This document shows, one piece after another, positions 50,622 to 60,741 of a stretch of DNA of 64,000 bases. The notes under the pieces were generated by a model. The model did no database searches. It was given only the letters and a program-made list of their open reading frames with translations, and had not been told where the DNA came from. The stretch spans positions 539,722-603,721 of the forward strand of contig JBBTTO010000002.1 of the NCBI GenBank assembly GCA_038064195.1, read 5' to 3'. How positions within the stretch are numbered: the first letter of the stretch is position 1; each line of letters starts with the position of its first letter. This stretch comes from Patescibacteria group bacterium (GTDB taxonomy: Bacteria > Patescibacteriota > Microgenomatia > Levybacterales > UBA12049). The translations under genes and the position numbers were made by a program.

Positions 50622-51474
50622 ATGCTTCAGCTGCTGCGATTGCAGCACAATTGATAATATCTAGATTACCTGCATAGGGTGGCAGATAATCTCCTCGTCC
50701 GACGACCTCACTAATCATAGTGATGACCCCGTTATCATAGAGAGGTGCGACAGTGAGTTTGTAGCCGGGGACATATTTTTTGATTGCTATAACTGTTTTA
50801 TCGATCGCTTTACTAATTGTATCGATTTTGGCATTCTTGACTTGAGTATAGACCATGTTGTGCATGATGATAGGGGGATCAGCGGGATTGAGGATAATGA
50901 TAGCTTTGGCTTTGGGTACATTCGTAAAGCTTTTAATACCCTCACTGGTTGTCTGAGTATACTCATCAATATTGTTACGCGTTCCAATGCCTGCTGATTT
51001 AGAGGAAATACTCCCTACAATTTCTGCATATTCTGTCTGGGGTTCAAGTTCTATGAGCGTTTTGATCAGTGGAATAGTGGCCTGACCTCCACAAGTTATC
51101 ATATTGATATTGTCTTCTTTAAGACATTCATCCATATTCAGAAAAGGGATGCACATTTTGCCGATACGAGAGGGTGTAAGATCGATAGTAAATTTCTTAA
51201 GCTTTTTAAGGATAGGCGCATGGATTACATGTGCGTCAGCAGTTGTAGCATCAAAGACGATATCACAACATTCAGGATTGTTTTCTATTGCTTGAATGGA
51301 AAGGTGAGAGGTAGGGACTCCAAGCTTTTTGGCTCTGGCAATATTTTCTGATTCTGGGTTTTGTCCGGCAAACATTCCCACCTCCAAGTATTCAGATTTG
51401 AGGGCTTTCATCAAAAGATCAGAACCAAGATTTCCGGTTCCAATGATACCAACTTTTACTTTCTTTTTTGTCAT
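50605..51474 (-). CDS. dmpF: Acetaldehyde dehydrogenase (acylating)
   Basis: GTGNLGSDL, FDAT, NMITCGGQATIP, GTRNNIDE and YAGNLDI motifs. Confidence 0.92.
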   Translation of the reverse strand: MTKKKVKVGIIGTGNLGSDLLMKALKSEYLEVGMFAGQNPESENIARAKKLGVPTSHLSIQAIENNPECCDIVFDATTADAHVIHAPILKKLKKFTIDLTPSRIGKMCIPFLNMDECLKEDNINMITCGGQATIPLIKTLIELEPQTEYAEIVGSISSKSAGIGTRNNIDEYTQTTSEGIKSFTNVPKAKAIIILNPADPPIIMHNMVYTQVKNAKIDTISKAIDKTVIAIKKYVPGYKLTVAPLYDNGVITMISEVVGRGDYLPPYAGNLDIINCAAIAAAEAYAKQK

Positions 51475-51524
51475 GGATCTAAGCTTCGGCTATTGTAACA
51501 TACCAAAGAACGAGTAAGGGTAGG

Positions 51525-52427
51525 TTATTTTTTGGCGGAGAGTCCAAATGTTTTATCAACAATGAATTTTGGCCGATTTCGAGTTTCGTCCATAATTCGT
51601 TTGATATATTCATTTTGTATACCAAGAATGATGCAAATGAGCGTGAAGCCAAAAAGAACAACCGCGAGTTCAAGTCTTAGAAATGCAAAGGCAATAAGTG
51701 TCGCAATCCCAAAAAATCCTCCAAACATCCAGGGTGAGAGGAGAGTAATATAGGAAAATGAGTAAATACCGTTCAGCGCAACTCTAAACATTGTGACATA
51801 ATCAGCCTTTGACTTGCCAGCAAATCGTTCAGGACGGTCAAAGGGGATGCCAATTTGCTTAAATCCTACCCAGACGGCTATCCCTCTAAAAAATTGATTA
51901 TGTTCAGGAATTTTTGTTATAACGCTATAGACACGTCGGTCGAGAAGGCGAAAGTCACTAACATTTTCAGGGAGTGAACCTTTGGTAGTAAAGTCCATAA
52001 GGCGATAGAACGCTAAACTTCCGATAATCTTGAGAAATGGAACTTTTTTTCGTTTTTTTACTATTCCATATACGATATCGTAGCCTTCCTCCCATTTTTC
52101 AGTAAATTGAGGAATCAGTTCGGGAGGCTCTTGCAGGTCAGCCATCATGATGACTGCTGCGTCGCCTGAGGCGAAATTAAGCCCAGCGATAATTCCTCCA
52201 TCACATCCTTCATTTTTCGCCAGTTTAAGGATTTTAATACGTTTATCTTTTTTGTGAGCTTTGATGAGTTCACTCAGTGTTTTATCTTTGGAGCCATGCT
52301 CAACTACTACAACTTCAAAGTTGTATGTTGTAAACGTGTCCATGAATTTACTGAGTCTCTTCGTAAGCTCCGGTACAACTTCTTCCTCATTATAGGCGGG
52401 GATGACAATGGATATGAGCTTCTTCAT
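51525..52427 (-). CDS. GT2 polyprenyl-phosphate glycosyltransferase (GtrB/ArnC-like)
   Basis: IVIPAYNEE, ADLQEPPE, SDFRLLDR, two C-terminal TMs, RPKF. Confidence 0.88.
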   Translation of the reverse strand: MKKLISIVIPAYNEEEVVPELTKRLSKFMDTFTTYNFEVVVVEHGSKDKTLSELIKAHKKDKRIKILKLAKNEGCDGGIIAGLNFASGDAAVIMMADLQEPPELIPQFTEKWEEGYDIVYGIVKKRKKVPFLKIIGSLAFYRLMDFTTKGSLPENVSDFRLLDRRVYSVITKIPEHNQFFRGIAVWVGFKQIGIPFDRPERFAGKSKADYVTMFRVALNGIYSFSYITLLSPWMFGGFFGIATLIAFAFLRLELAVVLFGFTLICIILGIQNEYIKRIMDETRNRPKFIVDKTFGLSAKK

Positions 52428-52443
52428 GTGTAGCTATTGTACA

Positions 52444-53478
52444 CTAAAATATCCGTTTCCAGTAGAGGTGCTTAGTGAGGCTTTTTGTCTTTAGATGTTT
52501 TTTGAGAGCTGTAAGACGCGCATATCGCTTTGAGAGAAAGTCATCACTGCTAAAGTTAGTCTTTTTAAGACCTGAGACGAGATCTGCTACCGACTTCTCG
52601 ATGTCCCACTCCTGCTTGATATGAGGCATGATCTTCTGAAATCTCTGGAAATTCACTTTATAACTGCGTGAGTCTGGTTGAGTACCGGTATAACTGATTT
52701 TAGTATCCGGGAGTTTTTGATGAACTATCTTTACGAGTTCATTGACCTGGAAATTATTTTCAGGATAACCGATATTGATAATTTGCTTATTCACTTTTCG
52801 GGAGTCAATCTTCAGGAAGTGGATAAAGATACTACTAAGGTCACGCACGTCAATCAAAGGTCTCCATGGGCTTCCATCGCTTTCAATTCTAATTTCACCC
52901 ATTGAATATGCACAGGTGGTAAAGTTGTTGACGACCAAATCGTTGCGGAAAGCAGGGGAGAAGCCATAGACAGTTGAGTTCCTCAGTGATATCACACAGA
53001 AAGACCGATCTGCAAGCTCCTTAAGACTTTTTTCGGAAGCGATTTTTGAGCGGGCGTACTCAGTAAGTGGGTGGGGAATCGATTCCTCTGTGACAGTGTC
53101 TTGATCAGCGATTCCATAGATACTACAAGATGAGGAGAAAATAAAACGTTTAACACCGGCTTTTTTACTTAATGAAGCTAATCGTTTAGTTGCTTTGAAA
53201 TTAATTGAGCGAGTTAATTTTGATTCCAGTTCACCCAACGCGTCATTTGAAAGCGCTGCTAAATGGATGACGGCGTCAATCCCTTGAAGATCGCTCAACG
53301 TAACTTTCCTGACGTCCTTGCGTAGGAGTCTGTATTGAGCTTGAGGGCTGACTTTCGTATCTTGAAAAAAAAGCGTATCCAGTCCGACGACATCGTACTC
53401 TTCCTCCAGAAGCTTATCAATGAGTACCGAGCCAATATATCCTTCAGAACCGGTTACCAATACTTTTTTTATGGCCAT
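52444..53478 (-). CDS. NAD-dependent nucleotide-sugar epimerase/dehydratase (SDR)
   Basis: TGSEGYIG, HLAALSND, SSCSIYG and YARSK motifs. Confidence 0.88.
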   Translation of the reverse strand: MAIKKVLVTGSEGYIGSVLIDKLLEEEYDVVGLDTLFFQDTKVSPQAQYRLLRKDVRKVTLSDLQGIDAVIHLAALSNDALGELESKLTRSINFKATKRLASLSKKAGVKRFIFSSSCSIYGIADQDTVTEESIPHPLTEYARSKIASEKSLKELADRSFCVISLRNSTVYGFSPAFRNDLVVNNFTTCAYSMGEIRIESDGSPWRPLIDVRDLSSIFIHFLKIDSRKVNKQIINIGYPENNFQVNELVKIVHQKLPDTKISYTGTQPDSRSYKVNFQRFQKIMPHIKQEWDIEKSVADLVSGLKKTNFSSDDFLSKRYARLTALKKHLKTKSLTKHLYWKRIF

Positions 53479-54248
53479 AATTTCCAGGGTGGATTATCAC
53501 TATTCCAGATTTTATTAAGATCTTCAAGTTCTTTGTATGTATCTACTGCAAACCAAAAGCCACTGTGCTTATAGACAGATAGGGTTTTCTCTTCTGCCAT
53601 TTTAGTAAGTAACTCAATTTCTGAATTATAATCCTTGAATTTTCTGAGCACACTTCTATTAAATACCATATAGCCACCATTCACCCAATCTGATAAAGTA
53701 GGTTTTTCCTGAAATCCCGTGACCGCGTTATCGACACTTATTTTAATATGGCCATATTTGGACCTCGGATGCACACCTGTGATCGTCCCCAAGCGTTTAT
53801 TCTTCTTATGGAAGCGGAGGAGTTCTTTCATGTTTAGATTGGTTACTCCATCTCCGTACGTCACCATAAAGTACGGATCGTTTGTCGGAACGTACTTACT
53901 ACAGCGAAAAATCCTCTCTCCTGGAAGACTTTCAAGTCCAGTATCGACAAATGTGATTTTGAAGTCATCAGTACCGCGTTGTTTTTTGATATGGTAGGTC
54001 GTTTTATGATTTTTTGTTTCGATTGTAAAGTCTGAAGTAAATGCTTTTTGGTTAAGGAAAAAGTCTTTTATATAATTTGCTTTGTAGCCGAGAGCGAGGA
54101 TAAAATCATTATACCCATAGGAGGAGTAGATTTTCATGATGTGCCAAACGATTGGCTGATTGCCTACCAAGACCATGGGTTTTGGCTTGAACTCGGTCTC
54201 CTCTTTGAGTCTGGTGCCCGCCCCTCCACAGAGAATAATAACTTTCAT
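53469..54248 (-). CDS. rfbF: Glucose-1-phosphate cytidylyltransferase
   Basis: ILCGGAGTRLKEET..KPKPMV, VDTG, TYGDG and H.GFW...DT motifs. Confidence 0.88.
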   Translation of the reverse strand: MKVIILCGGAGTRLKEETEFKPKPMVLVGNQPIVWHIMKIYSSYGYNDFILALGYKANYIKDFFLNQKAFTSDFTIETKNHKTTYHIKKQRGTDDFKITFVDTGLESLPGERIFRCSKYVPTNDPYFMVTYGDGVTNLNMKELLRFHKKNKRLGTITGVHPRSKYGHIKISVDNAVTGFQEKPTLSDWVNGGYMVFNRSVLRKFKDYNSEIELLTKMAEEKTLSVYKHSGFWFAVDTYKELEDLNKIWNSDNPPWKLWP

Positions 54249-54354
54249 CTCGAAAATTATTCTAAGCAAAAGAGATTGAAATAGCAACCATAATATATGA
54301 TCACTCGATTTTCCTGGGCTGGTTTCAAAGCTACCTATACGCTACAATACACAT

Positions 54355-55545
54355 ATGAACTCTATGCGGATCTTCGCATTTGTTGGTCTGGTAGTTTTTC
54401 TCTATTATTGCCTCTATTATCTTTATTTCGGCTTTTTACATCCGATGCCTGGTCTGGGTGATAGCTGGGATTACCATATACCTATTTCTCAAACAATTTT
54501 GCAAGGGACATTTCTCAGCCCGGTACAGGTGAAGCTGCCGCAGTGGTATTATCCAGGCTCGGCTGAAGCTATTAACGGTATTCTTATATTTTTAGGTATC
54601 CCTTTGACAATTTCTAACCTGTTGGCAGTTTTTTGTTTATTTTTTATTTGCTGGAAATTAGGAGGAGTCTTCAAATTGAGTTTTTATGAAAGTCTTTTTT
54701 TTGCTTCCACGATTGTGACTTTAAATGTCTTTGTTCGTTGGTACAATGCCGTCAGTGTTGATGTTTGGTTGGTCAACTTCTTTCTTCTTGGGATTATTTT
54801 GTTTGAGAGGCCCAAAGAGAGTCTGCGTTATGTTCTTTTCCTGGGTTTTATTCTGGGGATGTTAATTGGTACGAAATTAAGTGGGTGGTATTATCTTGTT
54901 ATGCTTAGTCTCATCTATGGAAAATCTTTGCTTGCGCTTATGTCTTTTAAAAAGATTATCATTTTTATGATCCCTTTTTCCATTTTTGGACTCTTTTGGT
55001 ACCTGCGCAATCTGTTACTTTTTGCTAATCCATTTTATCCAATAGCCTTTTTATCTCTTCCTATGAAAATGTATTTTCCTATCAAAATATCAACAATTAT
55101 CGTTTCATCCCCAAAATTTTTCTGTGACGCACTCATTGCCGAATACAAGGTTTGGGTAGTAGTCATTCCGCTAGCAATTTTTACGAGTATCAGACCTATA
55201 TTCAGTCATACAAGGGTTTCTTCTCAGATGATCAAGCTTTTGTTACTTATAACTTTTAGTTTTGGCGTTTTTCTGTTATCACCATCTGAATTTCAAGCTG
55301 AAGTAGTTGTCTCAAGCCTTCGCTATTCATATCCGGCTTTCATTTTGATGATCCTTCTCACATTTATTGTCGCCAAGCATTATCATAAATTGGAAATGCT
55401 CAGTATACTAAGTATTGCCTCGATGATTATGGTGACATCGTTTCTTTATTATCCGAAATTAGTTTTTATCTATGGCTCGTTGAGTCTTTTCGTTGTCTTT
55501 TTACTGGACAAATATCAACGAACACTGGAGAGGATTTTTGCCTAA
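54355..55545 (+). CDS. Polytopic membrane protein, GT-C-like
   Basis: GDSWDYHIP, YYP and WYLRN...NPFYP motifs. Confidence 0.7.
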   Translation: MNSMRIFAFVGLVVFLYYCLYYLYFGFLHPMPGLGDSWDYHIPISQTILQGTFLSPVQVKLPQWYYPGSAEAINGILIFLGIPLTISNLLAVFCLFFICWKLGGVFKLSFYESLFFASTIVTLNVFVRWYNAVSVDVWLVNFFLLGIILFERPKESLRYVLFLGFILGMLIGTKLSGWYYLVMLSLIYGKSLLALMSFKKIIIFMIPFSIFGLFWYLRNLLLFANPFYPIAFLSLPMKMYFPIKISTIIVSSPKFFCDALIAEYKVWVVVIPLAIFTSIRPIFSHTRVSSQMIKLLLLITFSFGVFLLSPSEFQAEVVVSSLRYSYPAFILMILLTFIVAKHYHKLEMLSILSIASMIMVTSFLYYPKLVFIYGSLSLFVVFLLDKYQRTLERIFA

Positions 55546-55547
55546 CT

Positions 55548-56486
55548 ATGAAAATCTCACTTATTACTACTATCTTTAATGAAGAGAAATCGATTAAAGA
55601 GTTTCTTGCAGGTTTGTCGGGACTATCGCTGATGCCAGACGAAGTAATTATTGTTGATGGGGGATCAACGGATCAGACATTAGCCAAGATTGCAGAGTTT
55701 AGGGATGATACAAAGTTACCTTTTGATTTTATTATAGCTACTAAAAAAGGGAATCGCTCAGTAGGGAGGAACGAGGGCGTACGAATTGCCAAAGGAGAGA
55801 TTATTGCTTTCACTGACGCTGGTTGTATTTTGGACAAAGACTGGCTTAAAGAGATTACCAAACCATTCGCGGACAGAAGCGTTGATGTTGCAGCCGGCTA
55901 CTATGCAGCCAGGGCGGAGACTATCTTTCAAAAATGTCTGGTTCCGTATGTTCTGGTGATGCCTGACAAAGTCAATCCGGATAGTTTTTTGCCAGCTACT
56001 CGTTCAATGGCTATTCGTAAAAGTGTTTTTGAAAAAATGGGAGGATTTGATCCTAAATATTCTCACAATGAAGATTATGTTTTTGCCCGTAAGTTGCGCT
56101 TTGAGGGAAGGACAATAGTATTTGCCCCCAAAGCAATCGTCAACTGGATCCCGCGCCGAACTCTCAAAGAAGCATATACTATGTTTTGGAGATTCGCCTA
56201 TGGAGATATTGAGGCCGGTATCCTTAGACCAAAGGTCTTATTGATTTTCACAAGGTATGTACTAGGAATTATTCTGGTTATTACTTTTCTCTTAACGTTA
56301 AATTTTTACATTCTTATAATGCTTATTTTGGGTTTAGTTGGTTATGCTATTTGGGCAGTACAGAAAAATTATCTTTATGTAAAGAATAGGCAAGCGATTT
56401 ATGTTCTACCTCTTATTCAATTTACCGCAGATGCTGCTGTTCTTATGGGTTCTACCCAGGGAGTGATAAAACGATATGGGATATAA
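55548..56486 (+). CDS. Glycosyltransferase family 2
   Basis: VDGGSTD, GRN.G, FTDAG and ED motifs. Confidence 0.9.
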   Translation: MKISLITTIFNEEKSIKEFLAGLSGLSLMPDEVIIVDGGSTDQTLAKIAEFRDDTKLPFDFIIATKKGNRSVGRNEGVRIAKGEIIAFTDAGCILDKDWLKEITKPFADRSVDVAAGYYAARAETIFQKCLVPYVLVMPDKVNPDSFLPATRSMAIRKSVFEKMGGFDPKYSHNEDYVFARKLRFEGRTIVFAPKAIVNWIPRRTLKEAYTMFWRFAYGDIEAGILRPKVLLIFTRYVLGIILVITFLLTLNFYILIMLILGLVGYAIWAVQKNYLYVKNRQAIYVLPLIQFTADAAVLMGSTQGVIKRYGI

Positions 56487-57702
56487 AAAAGATGTTATCA
56501 AGGGAATATCCTGGATTGGAATTCTTCGTTTTCTAACGAAAGCAATAGGATTTGCCGAAGCGATAATTTTGGCGAGAATTCTTCTTCCAGAGCAATTCGG
56601 GGCATATGCGGTAGCTCTCCTGGCACTTGGGCTTCTCGAGGTTATAACAGAGACTGGAGTCAATATCGTTTTGATTCAGGAACAAAATGTGGATGACTAT
56701 GTTAGCTCAGCATGGATAGTTTCCATCGTGAGGGGAGTAGGAATTATGCTTATTCTTCTCATTGGATCTCCTTTTATTGCTGGTTTTTTCCACTCTAGCC
56801 AATCACTTCCATTACTCTATATTATCGCCATAGTTCCGCTTTTAAGAGGTTTTATCAATCCGGCGATTGTCAAATTCCAAAAAGACCTGCTTTTTGGTAG
56901 AGATTTTTTGTATCGACTTGCTATTCTCTTAGTTGATACATCAATTTCTTTAACAGTTACTTTATTAACTAAAAGTCCAATTGGTATAGTATGCGGCTTA
57001 GTTTCAGGGGTAATTGTTGAAGTGGTACTTTCTTACATAATTATTAGTCCTCGACCTCATCTTGATTTCAAAAAAGGTTATCTTCATAGACTATTCCATA
57101 GGGGTAAATGGATTACAGGAACGAGTATCTTCAATTATTTGTTTTTTAACGCAGACAATATTGTTGTAGGTAGATTACTGGGTGCGGGATCTTTAGGTAT
57201 ATATCAGCTTGCGTATTCGTTATCTGTCGTTCCACTCACAGAATTAAGCAATGTATTTGTTCACGTTACCTTTCCGATTTTCAGCAAACTTTCTAGTGAT
57301 CATAATCGTCTTAAATCTGGGTTTTTTAAAACAATGCTTCTGCTCTCAATTTTAACTTTGCCGCTAGTATTCGTACTTGTTTTTCTGCCGGGAATATTTA
57401 TTTATATCCTTGGAGAAAAATGGTCGGGGATAGTTTCTGTATTACCTATTCTTGGGATTTTGGGTTTGATAAAAACAGTCTTTGGTTCTTCAACTGCGTT
57501 ATTTTTGAGTGAAAAAAAACAAAGCTATGCTACAGTAACTTCTCTCATTAATATTCTTGGATTAATGATTCCCATTGTCCCACTTGTGAGTCACTATGGA
57601 ATTGTTGGAGCAGGAACGGCTGCTCTTATTGGTTCGTTGGTTGCGACTCCATTTTATATTTACTATATTGCAAAAATATTCCAATTTCATAAGAATATCT
57701 GA
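56476..57702 (+). CDS. Wzx/MOP-family polysaccharide flippase
   Basis: LARILLPEQFG, DNIVVGRLLG..LGIY, FP.FS; many TM helices. Confidence 0.88.
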   Translation: MGYKKDVIKGISWIGILRFLTKAIGFAEAIILARILLPEQFGAYAVALLALGLLEVITETGVNIVLIQEQNVDDYVSSAWIVSIVRGVGIMLILLIGSPFIAGFFHSSQSLPLLYIIAIVPLLRGFINPAIVKFQKDLLFGRDFLYRLAILLVDTSISLTVTLLTKSPIGIVCGLVSGVIVEVVLSYIIISPRPHLDFKKGYLHRLFHRGKWITGTSIFNYLFFNADNIVVGRLLGAGSLGIYQLAYSLSVVPLTELSNVFVHVTFPIFSKLSSDHNRLKSGFFKTMLLLSILTLPLVFVLVFLPGIFIYILGEKWSGIVSVLPILGILGLIKTVFGSSTALFLSEKKQSYATVTSLINILGLMIPIVPLVSHYGIVGAGTAALIGSLVATPFYIYYIAKIFQFHKNI

Positions 57703-57704
57703 AT

Positions 57705-59330
57705 ATGAGGCAATTGAAAAAAGTCAACCTGGGTTCTGGCAGAGATTATCTCGAGGGATGGATAAATGTAGATATAGATCCGCACGCTAAGGTTGATGTC
57801 GTTGCTGATTTGAGCTCAACCTTCCCTTTTAAAGACGACACTATTGATGAAGTCAAGGCTTCGGATATACTGGAGCATTTCACAAAAGAGGATGGAGTTA
57901 AGTTCTTGACAGAATGTCATCGTGTACTACGTCACGGAGGTAAAATTTTTATCAGGACTCATGATCTTCAGGCGATCACTAGGAAATTTTCCGGTGATCC
58001 CTTAGTTATGACGCATTTCATCTATGGAGATACTTCAGATACAGGGGTTTTTGGAGCTCACAAGTATGCGTATACTGAAGATTCTCTTCGATTTGTCCTT
58101 AAAAAAACAGGATTTGAAATTGAATCGTATCGTTTGGATGAGACAAATCACGTCGTCGCGGCTGTTAAGAAGCCAATAAAAAAGAAAAATTTGAAGATCG
58201 CAATTATTCAGCAAACCCCCGACATTGGGGGAGCGGAGACTTATATGCATTCCCTCGTTGAAAAATTCCTAAAAAAGGACAATCAGATCTACTTAGTAAC
58301 AAATCTTGACCGATATGTAAAGTTATTTTCGGATCGCGTTGTTATAGATATTGTGCCATACAATTTAGATTTCAATGGAGATTGGAGAGGATTAATAAAA
58401 TCAACATTTATTCTCCCCATGGCTATTATTTACTATTTACGTTTGCTAAATAGGTATAGGAAAGAAGGAGTTGATGTCCTTTTGGCTAGTAATTTTAGCG
58501 ACAAGCTTTTGGTAACATTTCTTTCACTGTTTTATCACCTGCCAATAGTTTGGATTGAATATGGTAGGTTAGGAGCTATCTTTAAGCGTAATTTTTTGAT
58601 TCCTAAAATTCTATATCGCTTATTTAAAAATATTCCGAAAGAAGTAATCGTCCCTAGCAAAAATACACAACAAAGCTTGATTGTTGACGCGAGGGTATCC
58701 TTGGCCAAACTCCGTGTTATTCCATGCGGTACGGAGATTCAGTCAAAAAAAATAAAAAAGTCCAAATTATCAGCAGAGTTTAAAGATAATTTTGTTATCG
58801 GTAACATATCCCGCATGACAAGAGAAAAAGGACAGCAAGTTATTATTAATGCCGCTCCGCTTATTATTAAGAAAGTTCCCAATGCTAAGTTCCTACTTGT
58901 GGGTGATGGGCCTGATAGAGATTATTTTCAGTCGTTAATAAATACACTTGGATTAAAGGAATATTTTATCCTCCCCGGATTTGTTGAAGACACGAACGAA
59001 TATTATTCTTTAATGGATATTTTTATTTTCCCGACTATATGGGAATTAGAAGGATTTGGTGTAGTAGCGATTGAGGCAATGATGAGGGAGATTCCTGTTA
59101 TTGCAAGTAACTTCGGACCTATTCCTGAGATTATCGATGATTGCAGGACCGGGTTACTTTTCAAACCTGGGGACAGTGAGGATTTGTCCCAAAAGGTTAT
59201 AAAATTGGCAGATGACTCGAAATTGAGAACTACGCTGGCCGGGAATGCTCTTAATAAAGCCAGGGAAGAATACGCTATTGATAAGATCAGTGAAAAGGTG
59301 CTTGAGGTGCTTAATGATGCTACGCTTTAA
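57705..59330 (+). CDS. Methyltransferase (type 11)-GT4 fusion protein
   Basis: N-terminal NLGSG...NVD...ILEH; C-terminal GGAE, KGQ and EGFGVVAIEAM. Confidence 0.85.
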   Translation: MRQLKKVNLGSGRDYLEGWINVDIDPHAKVDVVADLSSTFPFKDDTIDEVKASDILEHFTKEDGVKFLTECHRVLRHGGKIFIRTHDLQAITRKFSGDPLVMTHFIYGDTSDTGVFGAHKYAYTEDSLRFVLKKTGFEIESYRLDETNHVVAAVKKPIKKKNLKIAIIQQTPDIGGAETYMHSLVEKFLKKDNQIYLVTNLDRYVKLFSDRVVIDIVPYNLDFNGDWRGLIKSTFILPMAIIYYLRLLNRYRKEGVDVLLASNFSDKLLVTFLSLFYHLPIVWIEYGRLGAIFKRNFLIPKILYRLFKNIPKEVIVPSKNTQQSLIVDARVSLAKLRVIPCGTEIQSKKIKKSKLSAEFKDNFVIGNISRMTREKGQQVIINAAPLIIKKVPNAKFLLVGDGPDRDYFQSLINTLGLKEYFILPGFVEDTNEYYSLMDIFIFPTIWELEGFGVVAIEAMMREIPVIASNFGPIPEIIDDCRTGLLFKPGDSEDLSQKVIKLADDSKLRTTLAGNALNKAREEYAIDKISEKVLEVLNDATL

Positions 59331-60741
59331 TGTTTTTTTTACTAGAAAACCCTTTATTCCTCTGTTAGGTATTCCTCTTTATTTTTTTTATAGTTACAAC
59401 ATAACGCAGTTAATGCCTTTTTACGGAGATATAGGTTGGTTTTATCTTTCAGCGAGGGATTTATTACTAGGGAAGGGGTTTCCTCTCGTAGGTATAACTT
59501 CGAGTCATACTTGGCTTCATCAAGGCCCCCTATGGACATATTTTTTGAGTGTTGCATTGTGGCTCGGTAATTTTGACCCTCTTGCAGGAGGATATCTGTC
59601 AATATTACTGGGAATTTTAACAGTATACTGTATCTACTATATAGGCAAAAGAATGTTCTCAGAAAGGGTGGGTGTGATAGCGGCATTTCTCTATAGCTTG
59701 TCACCTTTGGTTATTCTAAATATCCGTACTCCTTACCATACGACTCCTATTCCGATTTTTGCACTTTTATACTTCATGAGTATCTATCTTTGGGTAAAGG
59801 GTCAAAAGTCATTCTTAGGTTTTAGTCTTTTTTTCCTGGCCATTCTGTATAATTTGGAACTTGCCACTGTCATATTGGTAGTACCAATGGTGGCTTTTCT
59901 CATGTATGGGCTATGGCAAAAAAAGAGCTATACAAAAAAAATAGGGAAGACTGACGCGTTCAAGGCATTCTTACTGGGGCTGATTCCGATGCTTCCTATT
60001 CTTATTTATGACGTGACACACGGATTCAAACAAACTCTCATTTACGGGGGTTGGTTGTTTTATTCCTTTACAAGGGGACTTCTCGGATTTTTATACGGTT
60101 CATCTGACACAACAGAAAAAATTGAAGTTCTGAATTTTCTCTATTCTTCACTGAGAAGCCTTATTTTTTTTGATAACGGTTTGATTGCTCTTTTACTCCT
60201 GGGGATCTCATTTTTATGGGTAGCTTATTTATTATTTAGACAATATAAGCAGTCTAGAATCAACCCTGCATATGTATTAGTTATTTTTTGGTTTTTATTA
60301 ACGGTTAGTATTTTGATTCTTAATGGAGTAGCATCTGATGCTTATCTTCCTCAGCTTTATCCTGCCATTTTTTTAATTTTGGCCTTAGGGGCTGATTCAT
60401 TACATCGCATTTCGCCTAAGTTACCATATTTTATTATAATTGTAGTTTTCATATTTAACATACACTCGGTTATTACTCATAACTACTTTATGGCTGAAGG
60501 TGAAGGTATACCGTTGAGTTCACGTCAAGCAATCGCTAACGAGATGATTAGCAAATCTGACTCCAAAGCCATTATAATAAAAGGTGAGGGGATTGGGAGT
60601 CAATTCAGAAGCTTTACTATGCCTTACGAATATTTAGTCTGGTATTACGATCCGGGTAGGCGTGTCGGCAAGTCCTCTAAATTATTTATAGTAAGCGAAA
60701 GAGAATTTAGGATTAACCTTGATGAGAAATACTATGATTAG
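59314..60741 (+). CDS. GT-C (PMT/ArnT-like) membrane glycosyltransferase
   Basis: FYGD, PLVG.TSS..HQGPLW; many TM helices. Confidence 0.75.
   Translation: MMLRFNVFFTRKPFIPLLGIPLYFFYSYNITQLMPFYGDIGWFYLSARDLLLGKGFPLVGITSSHTWLHQGPLWTYFLSVALWLGNFDPLAGGYLSILLGILTVYCIYYIGKRMFSERVGVIAAFLYSLSPLVILNIRTPYHTTPIPIFALLYFMSIYLWVKGQKSFLGFSLFFLAILYNLELATVILVVPMVAFLMYGLWQKKSYTKKIGKTDAFKAFLLGLIPMLPILIYDVTHGFKQTLIYGGWLFYSFTRGLLGFLYGSSDTTEKIEVLNFLYSSLRSLIFFDNGLIALLLLGISFLWVAYLLFRQYKQSRINPAYVLVIFWFLLTVSILILNGVASDAYLPQLYPAIFLILALGADSLHRISPKLPYFIIIVVFIFNIHSVITHNYFMAEGEGIPLSSRQAIANEMISKSDSKAIIIKGEGIGSQFRSFTMPYEYLVWYYDPGRRVGKSSKLFIVSEREFRINLDEKYYD

Noticed and set aside
49554-51474. Aromatic meta-cleavage pathway
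   Set aside because: No dioxygenase, hydrolase or hydratase genes in the window; dmpFG sit among nucleotide-sugar genes.
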